A DNA stretch of 32,000 bases. It comes from Tannockella kyphosi. Lineage in GTDB: Bacteria > Bacillota_I > Bacilli_A > Erysipelotrichales > Coprobacillaceae. The stretch is taken from the NCBI RefSeq assembly GCF_021054785.1, contig NZ_CP088239.1, forward strand, positions 1,860,001-1,892,000, in the 5' to 3' direction. Every line of letters starts with the position of its first letter. Position 1 is the first letter of the stretch. Of the stretch, positions 8,181 through 17,061 are shown in pieces. Made by a program: the position numbers and the translations under genes. Below the pieces are notes generated by a model. It did not search any database and was not told where the DNA came from. It saw nothing but the letters and a program-made list of their open reading frames with translations.

Positions 8181-9611
8181 TTATAATCTACTCAATACTT
8201 TTTCTTTTCCTAATAATGCAATTGAACTAGCTAAATCCGGTCCATGCATTGATCCAGTTGTAGCAATACGTAAAGGCATAAATAACATTTTCCCTTTTGC
8301 ACCAGCTTCTTTTTGTGTTGCTTTAATACATGCTTGCACACTTTCTCTAGTCAATTCATCTTCGTCATTTATCATCTTCTTAAAGACAGCTAACGTATTA
8401 TCAATACCTTCTTGTTGCATAAAATCACTAGCTTCTTGATCTAATTCAATAGTATCTTCAAAGAATATTTTTACCAACTCTACAATCTCTTTACCAAAAG
8501 ATAATTGTTCATGATAAACAGCTACTAATGCTTTTACCCATTGGTCACTATGATTACTTAAATCATATGCTTCTTCTAAAAATGGTGTACACAAACAAAC
8601 AACATCTTCTAAACTTCTTTCTTTAATATAACGATTATTAACCCAAGTTAACTTATCTTTATCAAACATAGAAGGAGATTTAGATAATCGATGTTCATCA
8701 AAAATAGAAATCAATTCTTCTTTTGAGAATATTTCTTGTTCCCCTTCAGGAGACCAACCTAACAATGACATGAAGTTAAACATAGCATCTGGTAAATATC
8801 CTTCTTCTTTATATTGAGAAACGAATTGCATAATTGATTCATCTCTTTTTGATAATTTCTTTCTTTGTTCATTTACAATTAATGTCATATGACCATAAGT
8901 AGGTGCAGTCCATCCTAACATTTCATAAATCATTAATTGTTTAGGAGTATTACTTAAATGTTCTTCTCCTCTAAATACATGAGAAATTTCCATTGTATAA
9001 TCATCAATAACTACTGCATAATTATAAGTTGGTATTCCATTTGCCTTTACTAAAACCCAATCACCAATATCTTGTGATTCAAAAGAAACATGTCCACGAA
9101 TCATATCCTCAAAAGCATATGTTTTTCCTTCTGGTACACGAACACGAATAGTATAAGGTGTTCCTTTAGCTTCCAATGCTTCCACTTCTTCTTTGGAAAG
9201 ATTTGCACACTTACGATTATACATCGGTGCCATTCCTGCATCACTTTGACGAGTATGTTCTTCTTCCAATTCTTCTGGAGTACAAAAACACTTATAAGCA
9301 CATCCCATTTCTAATAACTTTTCTGTTACCTCACGATAAATGTCTAAACGTTCCATTTGACGATAAGGAGCATACTTTGGATTTGGATTTAATGGAGATT
9401 CATCTGGAGTAATCCCTAACCAAGCTAAGTTTTCTAACTGACTAGCTTCTCCACCAGCGATATTTCTCTCAATATCCGTATCCTCTAAACGAAATACAAA
9501 ATCACCATCATGATGTTTTGCGAATAAATAATTAAATAAAGCGGTTCTAGCACCACCTATATGTAAATGTCCAGTTGGACTTGGAGCATAACGTACTCTT
9601 ACTTTTGTCAT
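8181..9611 (-). CDS. gltX: glutamate--tRNA ligase
   Basis: 476 aa. The HIGH motif is [22 protein letters not shown] and the KMSKS-type motif is KLSKR. ispF-gltX synteny matches Bacillus. Confidence 0.95.
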   Translation of the reverse strand: MTKVRVRYAPSPTGHLHIGGARTALFNYLFAKHHDGDFVFRLEDTDIERNIAGGEASQLENLAWLGITPDESPLNPNPKYAPYRQMERLDIYREVTEKLLEMGCAYKCFCTPEELEEEHTRQSDAGMAPMYNRKCANLSKEEVEALEAKGTPYTIRVRVPEGKTYAFEDMIRGHVSFESQDIGDWVLVKANGIPTYNYAVVIDDYTMEISHVFRGEEHLSNTPKQLMIYEMLGWTAPTYGHMTLIVNEQRKKLSKRDESIMQFVSQYKEEGYLPDAMFNFMSLLGWSPEGEQEIFSKEELISIFDEHRLSKSPSMFDKDKLTWVNNRYIKERSLEDVVCLCTPFLEEAYDLSNHSDQWVKALVAVYHEQLSFGKEIVELVKIFFEDTIELDQEASDFMQQEGIDNTLAVFKKMINDEDELTRESVQACIKATQKEAGAKGKMLFMPLRIATTGSMHGPDLASSIALLGKEKVLSRL

Positions 9612-9612
9612 T

Positions 9613-10095
9613 CTATTTTCCTTCTTTCCTTAATAATACAACTGCTTGTGCTTGCATACCCAATCCTTCACCAATCCACCCTAGCTTTTCACCACGAGTT
9701 GCCTTGATATTCACATCTTCGATATTACAACATAATACACGACTAATGTTTTCTCTCATAGTTGGAATATACACAGCTAATTTAGGCTTTTCTGCCAAAA
9801 CGATGGCATCTAAATTATTAATAACATATCCTCGCTCTTTCATCATTACATACGTTTTTTCTAATAATACCAATGAATCAATCCCAGCATACTGGGGATC
9901 AGAATCACTAAAATGGGTTCCAATATCACCCAATCCAAGTGCTCCTATCACACTTTCAATAATTGCATGTACTAAAACATCAGCATCACTATGACCAAGT
10001 AACCCTTTTTCAAAAGGAATCTCTACTCCTCCTAAAATAAGCTTACGATCTGGTACTAATTGATGAATATCGATAGATTGTCCAATTCGATACAT
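9613..10095 (-). CDS. ispF: 2-C-methyl-D-erythritol 2,4-cyclodiphosphate synthase
   Basis: 160 aa. Motifs are [20 protein letters not shown] and [13 protein letters not shown]. Confidence 0.95.
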   Translation of the reverse strand: MYRIGQSIDIHQLVPDRKLILGGVEIPFEKGLLGHSDADVLVHAIIESVIGALGLGDIGTHFSDSDPQYAGIDSLVLLEKTYVMMKERGYVINNLDAIVLAEKPKLAVYIPTMRENISRVLCCNIEDVNIKATRGEKLGWIGEGLGMQAQAVVLLRKEGK

Positions 10096-10135
10096 ATGTC
10101 TTCACCTCAAGGACCATTTTATCATAATGCCCTAC

Positions 10136-10143
10136 ATTATACA
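10136..10143 (-). promoter_or_regulatory. possible -10 element (TATAAT) for ispF-gltX
   Basis: Minus strand reads TGTATAAT, about 40 nt upstream of ispF ATG 10095. The -35 position falls inside the pyrG terminator and matches poorly. Confidence 0.35.
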
Positions 10144-10168
10144 AAAAGAACTTCAAAAATATGAAGTT

Positions 10169-10170
<2 letters not shown>
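10141..10170 (-). terminator. intrinsic terminator after pyrG
   Basis: Minus strand: AGAACUUCA-UAUUUU-UGAAGUUCU (9 bp) followed by UUUUGU. It overlaps the stop codon. Confidence 0.65.
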
Positions 10171-11788
<1,618 letters not shown>

Positions 11789-11810
11789 TTACCTATTATG
11801 TTTATAAAAC

Positions 11811-11848
11811 AAAAAAAGCCCTTTGCAGGGTTGTGCACTTTAGTGCCC
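11811..11848 (-). promoter_or_regulatory. candidate pyrG leader attenuator (GGGC start, hairpins, U7 tract)
   Basis: The minus-strand transcript would begin GGGCACUAAAGUGCACAACCCUGCAAAGGGCUUUUUUUG. It forms GCAC-UAAA-GUGC, then CCCU-GCAA-AGGG (4 bp, GNRA loop), followed by C and U7. Confidence 0.4.
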
Positions 11849-11854
11849 TTTAAT

Positions 11855-11883
11855 ATACTATCAAATCATTGCCTATATTACAA
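11855..11883 (-). promoter_or_regulatory. sigma-A type promoter of pyrG
   Basis: Minus strand: TTGTAA (11883-11878), 17-nt spacer, TAGTAT (11860-11855). GGGC begins 7 nt downstream of the -10 box. Confidence 0.55.
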
Positions 11884-11903
11884 GCCTTTTGTGTTTAAAC
11901 AAT

Positions 11904-11923
11904 AAAAAAAGAGCCTAAGCTCT
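11904..11923 (-). terminator. weak intrinsic terminator-like hairpin
   Basis: Minus strand: AGAGC-UUAG-GCUCU (5 bp) followed by U6. The stem is palindromic, so it also folds on the plus strand, but only the minus strand has a clean U-run. Confidence 0.35.
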
Positions 11924-11931
11924 ATTTTTAC

Positions 11932-11967
11932 GATCAGGTGCTTTTTTGGGAGAGGAGACACCTGATC
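11932..11967. repeat. hairpin A carrying the loop motif TTTTTTGGGAGAGG
   Basis: GATCAGGTG (11932-11940) pairs with CACCTGATC (11959-11967), 9 bp perfect. The 18-nt loop is cTTTTTTGGGAGAGGaga. Confidence 0.85.
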
Positions 11968-11990
11968 AGTTTGTATTATGTTCATCGACC

Positions 11991-12026
11991 GTGCTATAGA
12001 TTTTTTGGGAGAGGGATCTATAACAC
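11991..12026. repeat. hairpin B carrying the same loop motif TTTTTTGGGAGAGG
   Basis: GTGcTATAGAT (11991-12001) pairs with ATCTATAaCAC (12016-12026), 10 bp with one C/A mismatch. The 14-mer at 12001-12014 is identical to the one at 11942-11955. Confidence 0.85.
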
Positions 12027-12172
12027 TTCTATCGACAAGACATATCCTACTAAAGGTATATGAATTGAATGTGAACTTTGTATTTATTTGTCATTTTTTT
12101 ATACAAAAATTATTTTTTTATGATATTTTCATAGTTTTTTATGTAAACAATAACTATAGATGCCTAATTGAA

Positions 12173-12196
12173 TAAAAAAACAACCCAAAGGTTGTT
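12173..12196 (-). terminator. intrinsic terminator after the PH-like membrane protein gene
   Basis: Minus strand: AACAACC-UUUG-GGUUGUU followed by U7. Confidence 0.75.
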
Positions 12197-12684
12197 TAAG
12201 CTGACTTTTCTTTTTTTCTTTCTTTACGTTGTTTCTTTTCCATTACACGACGATTTTGCGCATATTCTTTAACTTGCACATTTACACGTTTGTTTCCTGA
12301 AACAATCGCACTTGTAAACTCTAAATTTGACTTTGGAGAAACAACAACACGTTTCCCACTTTCTAAATATATTTCTAATGTTCTAGGATCAGTAATTATT
12401 TTTGTAAGCCTAGGTGCTGGATCACTAATAGTTTCTATTGACATTAAGTTATACTCTTTTGTTTTTCTTAAACGATAATGAACTTCTAAAGTCTTACGTG
12501 TAATAGAATACCCACTAGGTCTAAACCCTAGCAAATAACCATAAATAATTAAACCAAATGCTGCAACCGTAAGTGCTCCTGTAAAATCCCCTTGAAAAAT
12601 TAATATTACAAAATAAATGAAATAAAACAGTTCAAAATATAACACTGCAGGAATTAATCTTTTCTTAAATACTTTTGTTTCCAT
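12196..12684 (-). CDS. membrane protein with bacterial PH-like (YdbS/YdbT-type) domain and Lys/Arg-rich tail
   Basis: 162 aa. It has two N-terminal TM helices, then an approximately 80-aa segment (YSITRKTLEVHYRLRKTKEYNLMSIETISD...) typical of bPH domains. The C-terminus is KKQRKERKKEKSA. RBS is GGAGGGG. Confidence 0.6.
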   Translation of the reverse strand: METKVFKKRLIPAVLYFELFYFIYFVILIFQGDFTGALTVAAFGLIIYGYLLGFRPSGYSITRKTLEVHYRLRKTKEYNLMSIETISDPAPRLTKIITDPRTLEIYLESGKRVVVSPKSNLEFTSAIVSGNKRVNVQVKEYAQNRRVMEKKQRKERKKEKSA

Positions 12685-12777
12685 AATGCCCCTCCAATTT
12701 TTAAATATTATACCATTGTTATTTGACTATAACAATTATAAGAAATAGTTTCTATTCCTTATAATTACCATACTCAT

Positions 12778-12806
12778 AAAAAGAAAGGACGGGAACTAAC
12801 CCGCCC
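12778..12806 (-). terminator. intrinsic terminator after PTS EIIC
   Basis: Minus strand: GGGCGGG-UUAGUU-CCCGUCC (7 bp including one G.U) followed by UUUCUUUUU. Confidence 0.75.
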
Positions 12807-12838
12807 TTCATTATTTTTGTTTGGTTGTAAATCAATTA

Positions 12839-14131
12839 TTACATTACACCTTTTGCTTGTTGTTTTTCGTAAACTAATAAGAATGGTGTATAAACTAATA
12901 CTGCAACAGCGATTACGATAGCTTGTGACACAGCCCCTTGCCATGCACCACCTGTAGCTAAGAAACCAAGTAATACTGGTGGAGTTGTCCAAGGCACTGA
13001 AATACATACGTAAGGACAGAATCCGATAGCTGATAAAATATAACCAATGATGATAGTAATACATGGTGTGAATACAAATGGAATACCTAAGATTGGATTT
13101 AATACCATTGGTACACCGAATGTAACTGTTTCATTGATGTTGAATAAACCTGGAACGATTGATAAACCAGCAACTGCTCTATTATCTTCACGTTTAGAGA
13201 AGATGAAGATTGCGATTACTAAACCAAGAGTAACCCCAGATCCACCGAATTCACCAAACATTTGTAAGAATCCCATGTTTACTAAGTATTCTGGAGTTTC
13301 TCCATTTTCAAAAGCAGTAGTATTAGCTAATGTTAAAGGAGTATATAATGTTTCTTTAACAGCTGATAACATGTTGTTACCATGAATACCTACTAACCAG
13401 AATAACATGATTAAGATATAAATTACCATTACACCTGGAATAGATGTACCTACAGCAACTAATGGTGACATTAATGAAGCGATAACGTCATTTAAATATA
13501 ACCCAGTAGCCATTTGGCAAACCATACCAATTGTTGAAGTTAATAATAATACTAAGAATGCAGGAATTAATGCTTCGAATGCACGAGCAACACCTGGTGG
13601 TACCATTTCTGGCATTTTAATTTTTAATGCATCTTTTTTCATTAACCAGCAGTAGAATTCTACAGCTAAGATAGCAATGAACATACCAGTGAATAAACCA
13701 GTAGCTCCTAATGCATTACTAGAAATACCTGTGAAAGCATCTCCTAAATCTCCTGTGAAAGAAGTTTGAGTAACTGAAATCCATGCAGCTAATCCTAAGA
13801 TCCCTGGGAAATAACCAGCATAATCTGCTCCTAAATTCCATACTCCAATTTCATAAGCGATACCAAAAGTGATACCAACTGTGATACAAGAAATTGTTGC
13901 AAAGCTAATTGCGTTGAATGCTACATTTGTAAATTCTAACGCCATGATAGGGCTCCATAATAAACCTAACCCTGATGATTCATTTACCAATACGCAAGTC
14001 CATAAAACCCCAATCGCACCAGCAATTGTTAAAGGCATGAATGTTTGGAATGCATTTTTGATAGATGATAAATACTTGTTTTGACTACACCAAGCGCCTA
14101 CGCGCCCAAGAGTATCAGCAACTTTGTCCAT
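12839..14131 (-). CDS. PTS lactose/cellobiose-family EIIC permease
   Basis: 430 aa, polytopic. The N-terminus ...NKYLSSIKNAFQTFMPLTIAGAIGVLW is the typical start of an EIIC type-3 domain. RBS is AAGGGAGGAAA. No EIIA or EIIB gene is adjacent. Confidence 0.9.
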   Translation of the reverse strand: MDKVADTLGRVGAWCSQNKYLSSIKNAFQTFMPLTIAGAIGVLWTCVLVNESSGLGLLWSPIMALEFTNVAFNAISFATISCITVGITFGIAYEIGVWNLGADYAGYFPGILGLAAWISVTQTSFTGDLGDAFTGISSNALGATGLFTGMFIAILAVEFYCWLMKKDALKIKMPEMVPPGVARAFEALIPAFLVLLLTSTIGMVCQMATGLYLNDVIASLMSPLVAVGTSIPGVMVIYILIMLFWLVGIHGNNMLSAVKETLYTPLTLANTTAFENGETPEYLVNMGFLQMFGEFGGSGVTLGLVIAIFIFSKREDNRAVAGLSIVPGLFNINETVTFGVPMVLNPILGIPFVFTPCITIIIGYILSAIGFCPYVCISVPWTTPPVLLGFLATGGAWQGAVSQAIVIAVAVLVYTPFLLVYEKQQAKGVM

Positions 14132-14167
14132 ATTTGTTTCCTCCCTTAAATATTTTTGACACTTCTA

Positions 14168-14196
14168 ATTATAGTAATGAAAGCGCTAAATGTCAA
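14168..14196 (-). promoter_or_regulatory. consensus sigma-A promoter of the PTS EIIC gene
   Basis: Minus strand: TTGACA (14196-14191), 17-nt spacer, TATAAT (14173-14168). Both hexamers are perfect. It lies about 35 nt upstream of ATG 14131. Confidence 0.75.
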
Positions 14197-14205
14197 CCGC
14201 TTTCA
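14178..14205. promoter_or_regulatory. 8-bp inverted repeat (split cre-like palindrome) bracketing the -35 box
   Basis: TGAAAGCG (14178-14185) and CGCTTTCA (14198-14205) are exact reverse complements separated by 12 nt, and that spacer contains TTGACA. Confidence 0.5.
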
Positions 14206-14245
14206 AAAAGAAAAGTATGGTATTTTTAAACCAAAAACCATACTT
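14204..14245 (-). terminator. second hairpin/U-tract after tkt
   Basis: Minus strand: AAGUAUGGU (14245-14237), 15-nt loop, ACCAUACUU (14221-14213), then UUCUUUUUG. Confidence 0.5.
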
Positions 14246-14293
14246 ATTAAAAAGTCCTTATTTTATCGGCGTTTTTTTAGTATTTAACAATAA

Positions 14294-14339
14294 AAATAAC
14301 GCTTATTTTTTGCAAAAAAATGCAAAATAAGCGTTATTT
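14294..14339 (-). terminator. long-stem terminator immediately after tkt
   Basis: The 16-bp perfect arms are AAATAACGCTTATTTT (14294-14309) and AAAATAAGCGTTATTT (14324-14339). The stem starts 1 nt after the tkt stop codon. Confidence 0.65.
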
Positions 14340-14340
14340 C

Positions 14341-16305
14341 TTAGAATTCTTTGATTGTTTTTACTACATTTTCAACTGAAAAACCATACTTTTCAAATAA
14401 TAATGGTGCTGGTGCTGATGCTCCAAAGGTATCCATTGTAATATATTTTCCTTGTAATCCTGCAAACTCACCCCAAGATAATTTAGAACCGGCTTCTATT
14501 ATTAAACGATTCGCTACTTCTAAAGGTAAGATAGCTTGTTGATAACTTATTGGTTGTTCTTTAAAGATATCCATACAAGGCATACTTACAATACGAATAT
14601 TTTTATCTGTTATTTGTTTTTTAGCTTCTACTGCAAGTGAAACTTCTGATCCACTGGCAATAATTAATATATCTGGTGTTCCTTGACAATCATCAATCAC
14701 ATAGCCACCTTTTAATGCTTCTTTACTTGAACCTGGTAACTGCGGTAAATTTTGTCTTGTTAAAACTAAGGCAGTAGGTGTACTAGTGGAAGTTAGGGCA
14801 CTATACCATGCTACATTTGTTTCCATTGCATCACATGGACGATAGACATGGAAGTTAGGTTGCGCACGTAACATTGTTAATTGTTCTACTGGTTGATGCG
14901 TTGGACCATCTTCCCCTACTCCAATACTATCATGTGTTAATACATAATTTAATGGTAAGTTCATTAACGAACTTAAACGAGCCATTGGTTTTACGTAATC
15001 ACTAAATACAAAGAAGGTAGATACATACGTAGTTAATCCCCCATGTAACATAATTCCATTTCCAATTGCAGCCATCGCTATTTCACGTACTCCATAATGC
15101 ATATTTCTACCTGCATAGTTTTCGCTATCAAAATCACCTACACCATTTAAATATGTTTTGGTAGATGGTGCTAAGTCTGCTGATCCGCCCATAAAATTAG
15201 GTAAGATATCTTTTATTTTATTCATTACAACACCAGAATTATTACGTGTTGCTTCTGCTTTTTCTTCAAAATCAAAGAAGCTTTCATCACTATCTAATAA
15301 TTCTTTTGTACTCATTTCAAAATATTGTTTCCATGATTCATGCATTTCTGGATACACTTGGAAATATGCATCTTGCATCATTTGCCATGCTTCATAAGCT
15401 AAATCACTCGTTTCTTTTGATAATGCCACATGATCATAAACATCTTGATCTACTTGGAAATGCGCTTCTGGGTCCATTCCTAATGTTTCTTTTAATGCTT
15501 TTACATTATCAACTCCTAATGGTTCTCCATGTGCAGAAGCTTTTCCTTCTTTAGCTGGACAACCTTTTCCAATCTTTGTTTTTACTTCAATAAAAGTTGG
15601 TTTTCCATTCTTATCATTTGCTTTTTCTAAAGCACTTAAAATCTCTTCTAAGTTATCTCCATCTTCTACTACATACGTATTAAATCCAAAAGCTTCCATT
15701 CTACCACATACATTTTCAGTAAATGCAATATCTGTACTACCTTCTATTGAAATTTGATTCGAATCATATAACACAACTAGATTTTCTAATTTCAACGTTC
15801 CCGCTAAAGAAAAAGCCTCACTAGAAATACCTTCCATCATACAACCATCTCCACCTAATACATAAGTATTATGATTAAATAGTTCATATCCAGGTTTATT
15901 AAAAGTAGCTGATAAATGTCTTTCTGCAATAGCCATACCGACTGCCATTGCCATCCCAGCTCCTAAAGGTCCCGTTGTCGCTTCTACACCTGGTGTATGA
16001 AGATATTCTGGATGTCCTGGTGTTAAAGAATCAAATTGTCTAAATTCTTTTAAATCATCCAATGATACACCATATCCAAATAAGTGCAACATGCTATACA
16101 ACAACCCTGATCCATGCCCTCCAGATAAAATAAAACGATCTCTATTCATCCATTGTGGATAATTTGATGAATGTTTCATCACCTTTCCCCACAAAGCATA
16201 CGTCATTGTTGCTGCTCCTAAAGGCAATCCCGGATGCCCTGAATTTGCTTTTTGAATCGTGTCTGCACTTAAGCATCTAATTGTACTAATTACTTTTCTA
16301 TCCAT
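14341..16305 (-). CDS. tkt: transketolase
   Basis: 654 aa. The N-terminus is RCLSADTIQKANSGHPGLPLGAA. The ThDP motif is GDGCMMEGIS. The pyrimidine-binding region is HDSIGVGEDGPTHQP. Confidence 0.95.
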   Translation of the reverse strand: MDRKVISTIRCLSADTIQKANSGHPGLPLGAATMTYALWGKVMKHSSNYPQWMNRDRFILSGGHGSGLLYSMLHLFGYGVSLDDLKEFRQFDSLTPGHPEYLHTPGVEATTGPLGAGMAMAVGMAIAERHLSATFNKPGYELFNHNTYVLGGDGCMMEGISSEAFSLAGTLKLENLVVLYDSNQISIEGSTDIAFTENVCGRMEAFGFNTYVVEDGDNLEEILSALEKANDKNGKPTFIEVKTKIGKGCPAKEGKASAHGEPLGVDNVKALKETLGMDPEAHFQVDQDVYDHVALSKETSDLAYEAWQMMQDAYFQVYPEMHESWKQYFEMSTKELLDSDESFFDFEEKAEATRNNSGVVMNKIKDILPNFMGGSADLAPSTKTYLNGVGDFDSENYAGRNMHYGVREIAMAAIGNGIMLHGGLTTYVSTFFVFSDYVKPMARLSSLMNLPLNYVLTHDSIGVGEDGPTHQPVEQLTMLRAQPNFHVYRPCDAMETNVAWYSALTSTSTPTALVLTRQNLPQLPGSSKEALKGGYVIDDCQGTPDILIIASGSEVSLAVEAKKQITDKNIRIVSMPCMDIFKEQPISYQQAILPLEVANRLIIEAGSKLSWGEFAGLQGKYITMDTFGASAPAPLLFEKYGFSVENVVKTIKEF

Positions 16306-16307
16306 TG

Positions 16308-16964
16308 TTAGTCCTTTCCAAATACCTTAACATAATCATTTTTAAACTTTTCCAATCCTTCACTTGTTAGTGGATGTTTTAACATCTGTTCAATTAACGA
16401 ATATGGGATTGTTGCAATATCTCCACCCGCTTTTGCACATTCAATAACATGTGTTGCATTACGTACACTAGCACATATTATTTTTGAACGAATATTGTGC
16501 TTAGCAAAAACTTCTGAAATATCACGAATTAACTGCATACCATCCATTGATATATCATCCAATCGACCAATAAAAGGAGAAACATACGTAGCTCCAGCTC
16601 TTGCTGCAAGCAAGGCCTGAGGAACATTAAAAATCAATGTTAAGTTCGTATTGATTCCTAACTTACTTAATTCCTTACAAGCGATTAAACCTTCTGGTGT
16701 AGTTGGCAACTTTATTACCATATTAGGATGAATAGAAGCTATTTCTTTACCTTCTGCTATCATATCTTTTGCAAGTAATGTTGTTGGCTTTACTTCCCCA
16801 CTAATTGGTCCATCCACTATATCTGTTATTTCTTTAATAACTTCATGAAAATCACGACCTTCTTTAGCAATGATAGATGGATTTGTGGTAACGCCACAAA
16901 TAACACCCATTGCATTTGCTTTTTTAATTTCTTCTATATTTGCTGTATCTAAGAAAAAAAACAT
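16308..16964 (-). CDS. fsa: fructose-6-phosphate aldolase / short transaldolase (Tal/Fsa family)
   Basis: 218 aa. Motifs are [22 protein letters not shown], the catalytic-Lys context VIKLPTT, and [11 protein letters not shown]. It resembles B. subtilis YwjH. Confidence 0.9.
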   Translation of the reverse strand: MFFFLDTANIEEIKKANAMGVICGVTTNPSIIAKEGRDFHEVIKEITDIVDGPISGEVKPTTLLAKDMIAEGKEIASIHPNMVIKLPTTPEGLIACKELSKLGINTNLTLIFNVPQALLAARAGATYVSPFIGRLDDISMDGMQLIRDISEVFAKHNIRSKIICASVRNATHVIECAKAGGDIATIPYSLIEQMLKHPLTSEGLEKFKNDYVKVFGKD

Positions 16965-17002
16965 GTTTAACCTTCTCCTTTCTTTCGTTAATTTATATCA
17001 TG

Positions 17003-17031
17003 ATTTTATACAAGGTTGTATATGATGTCAA
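17003..17031 (-). promoter_or_regulatory. sigma-A promoter of the fsa-tkt operon
   Basis: Minus strand: TTGACA (17031-17026), 17-nt spacer, TAAAAT (17008-17003). It lies about 40 nt upstream of ATG 16964. Confidence 0.6.
17007..17022. promoter_or_regulatory. candidate HutC/GntR operator: 7-bp inverted repeat TATACAA-gg-TTGTATA in the promoter spacer
   Basis: The arms are perfect and lie between the -35 and -10 boxes. A HutC-type regulator gene is immediately upstream. The TGTATA/TATACA half-sites resemble operators of this family. Confidence 0.5.
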
Positions 17032-17050
17032 GAAAGAAATACTTTCTTTC
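17032..17050. repeat. 8-bp inverted repeat GAAAGAAA-tac-TTTCTTTC abutting the -35 box
   Basis: Read directly from the sequence. The arms are perfect with a 3-nt spacer. Confidence 0.7.
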
Positions 17051-17061
17051 AAAACATGAAA

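Larger units (their letters stand above)
11904..12026 (-). ncRNA. candidate small RNA: two hairpins with an identical pyrimidine-rich loop motif plus a terminator-like hairpin (strand inferred)
   Basis: See the two hairpin repeat features and the 11904-11923 hairpin. It lies between the terminator of the upstream gene and the pyrG promoter. No plausible ORF is present. The 5' end is undetermined and may lie further upstream; one candidate promoter is TTTACA-16 nt-TATCAT near 12113-12140. Confidence 0.35.

Noticed and set aside
11932-12026. Possibility that the repeated 14-mer with flanking palindromes is a CRISPR array or a transposon IR pair
   Set aside because: There are only two copies, and the shared unit is 14 nt, which is too short for a CRISPR repeat. 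No cas genes are present. The repeats are direct, not inverted, and no transposase or target-site duplication is visible.
11978-12175. 65-aa plus-strand ORF in the pyrG upstream gap (MFIDRAIDFLGEGSITLL...)
   Set aside because: The nearest SD-like sequence (GGGAGAGGAGA) ends about 19 nt before the ATG, which is too far. The C-terminal half is an F/I/Y/N-rich low-complexity translation of AT-rich DNA. It opposes the local gene orientation, has no plus-strand terminator, and its 5' part is better explained by the hairpin-B RNA structure.
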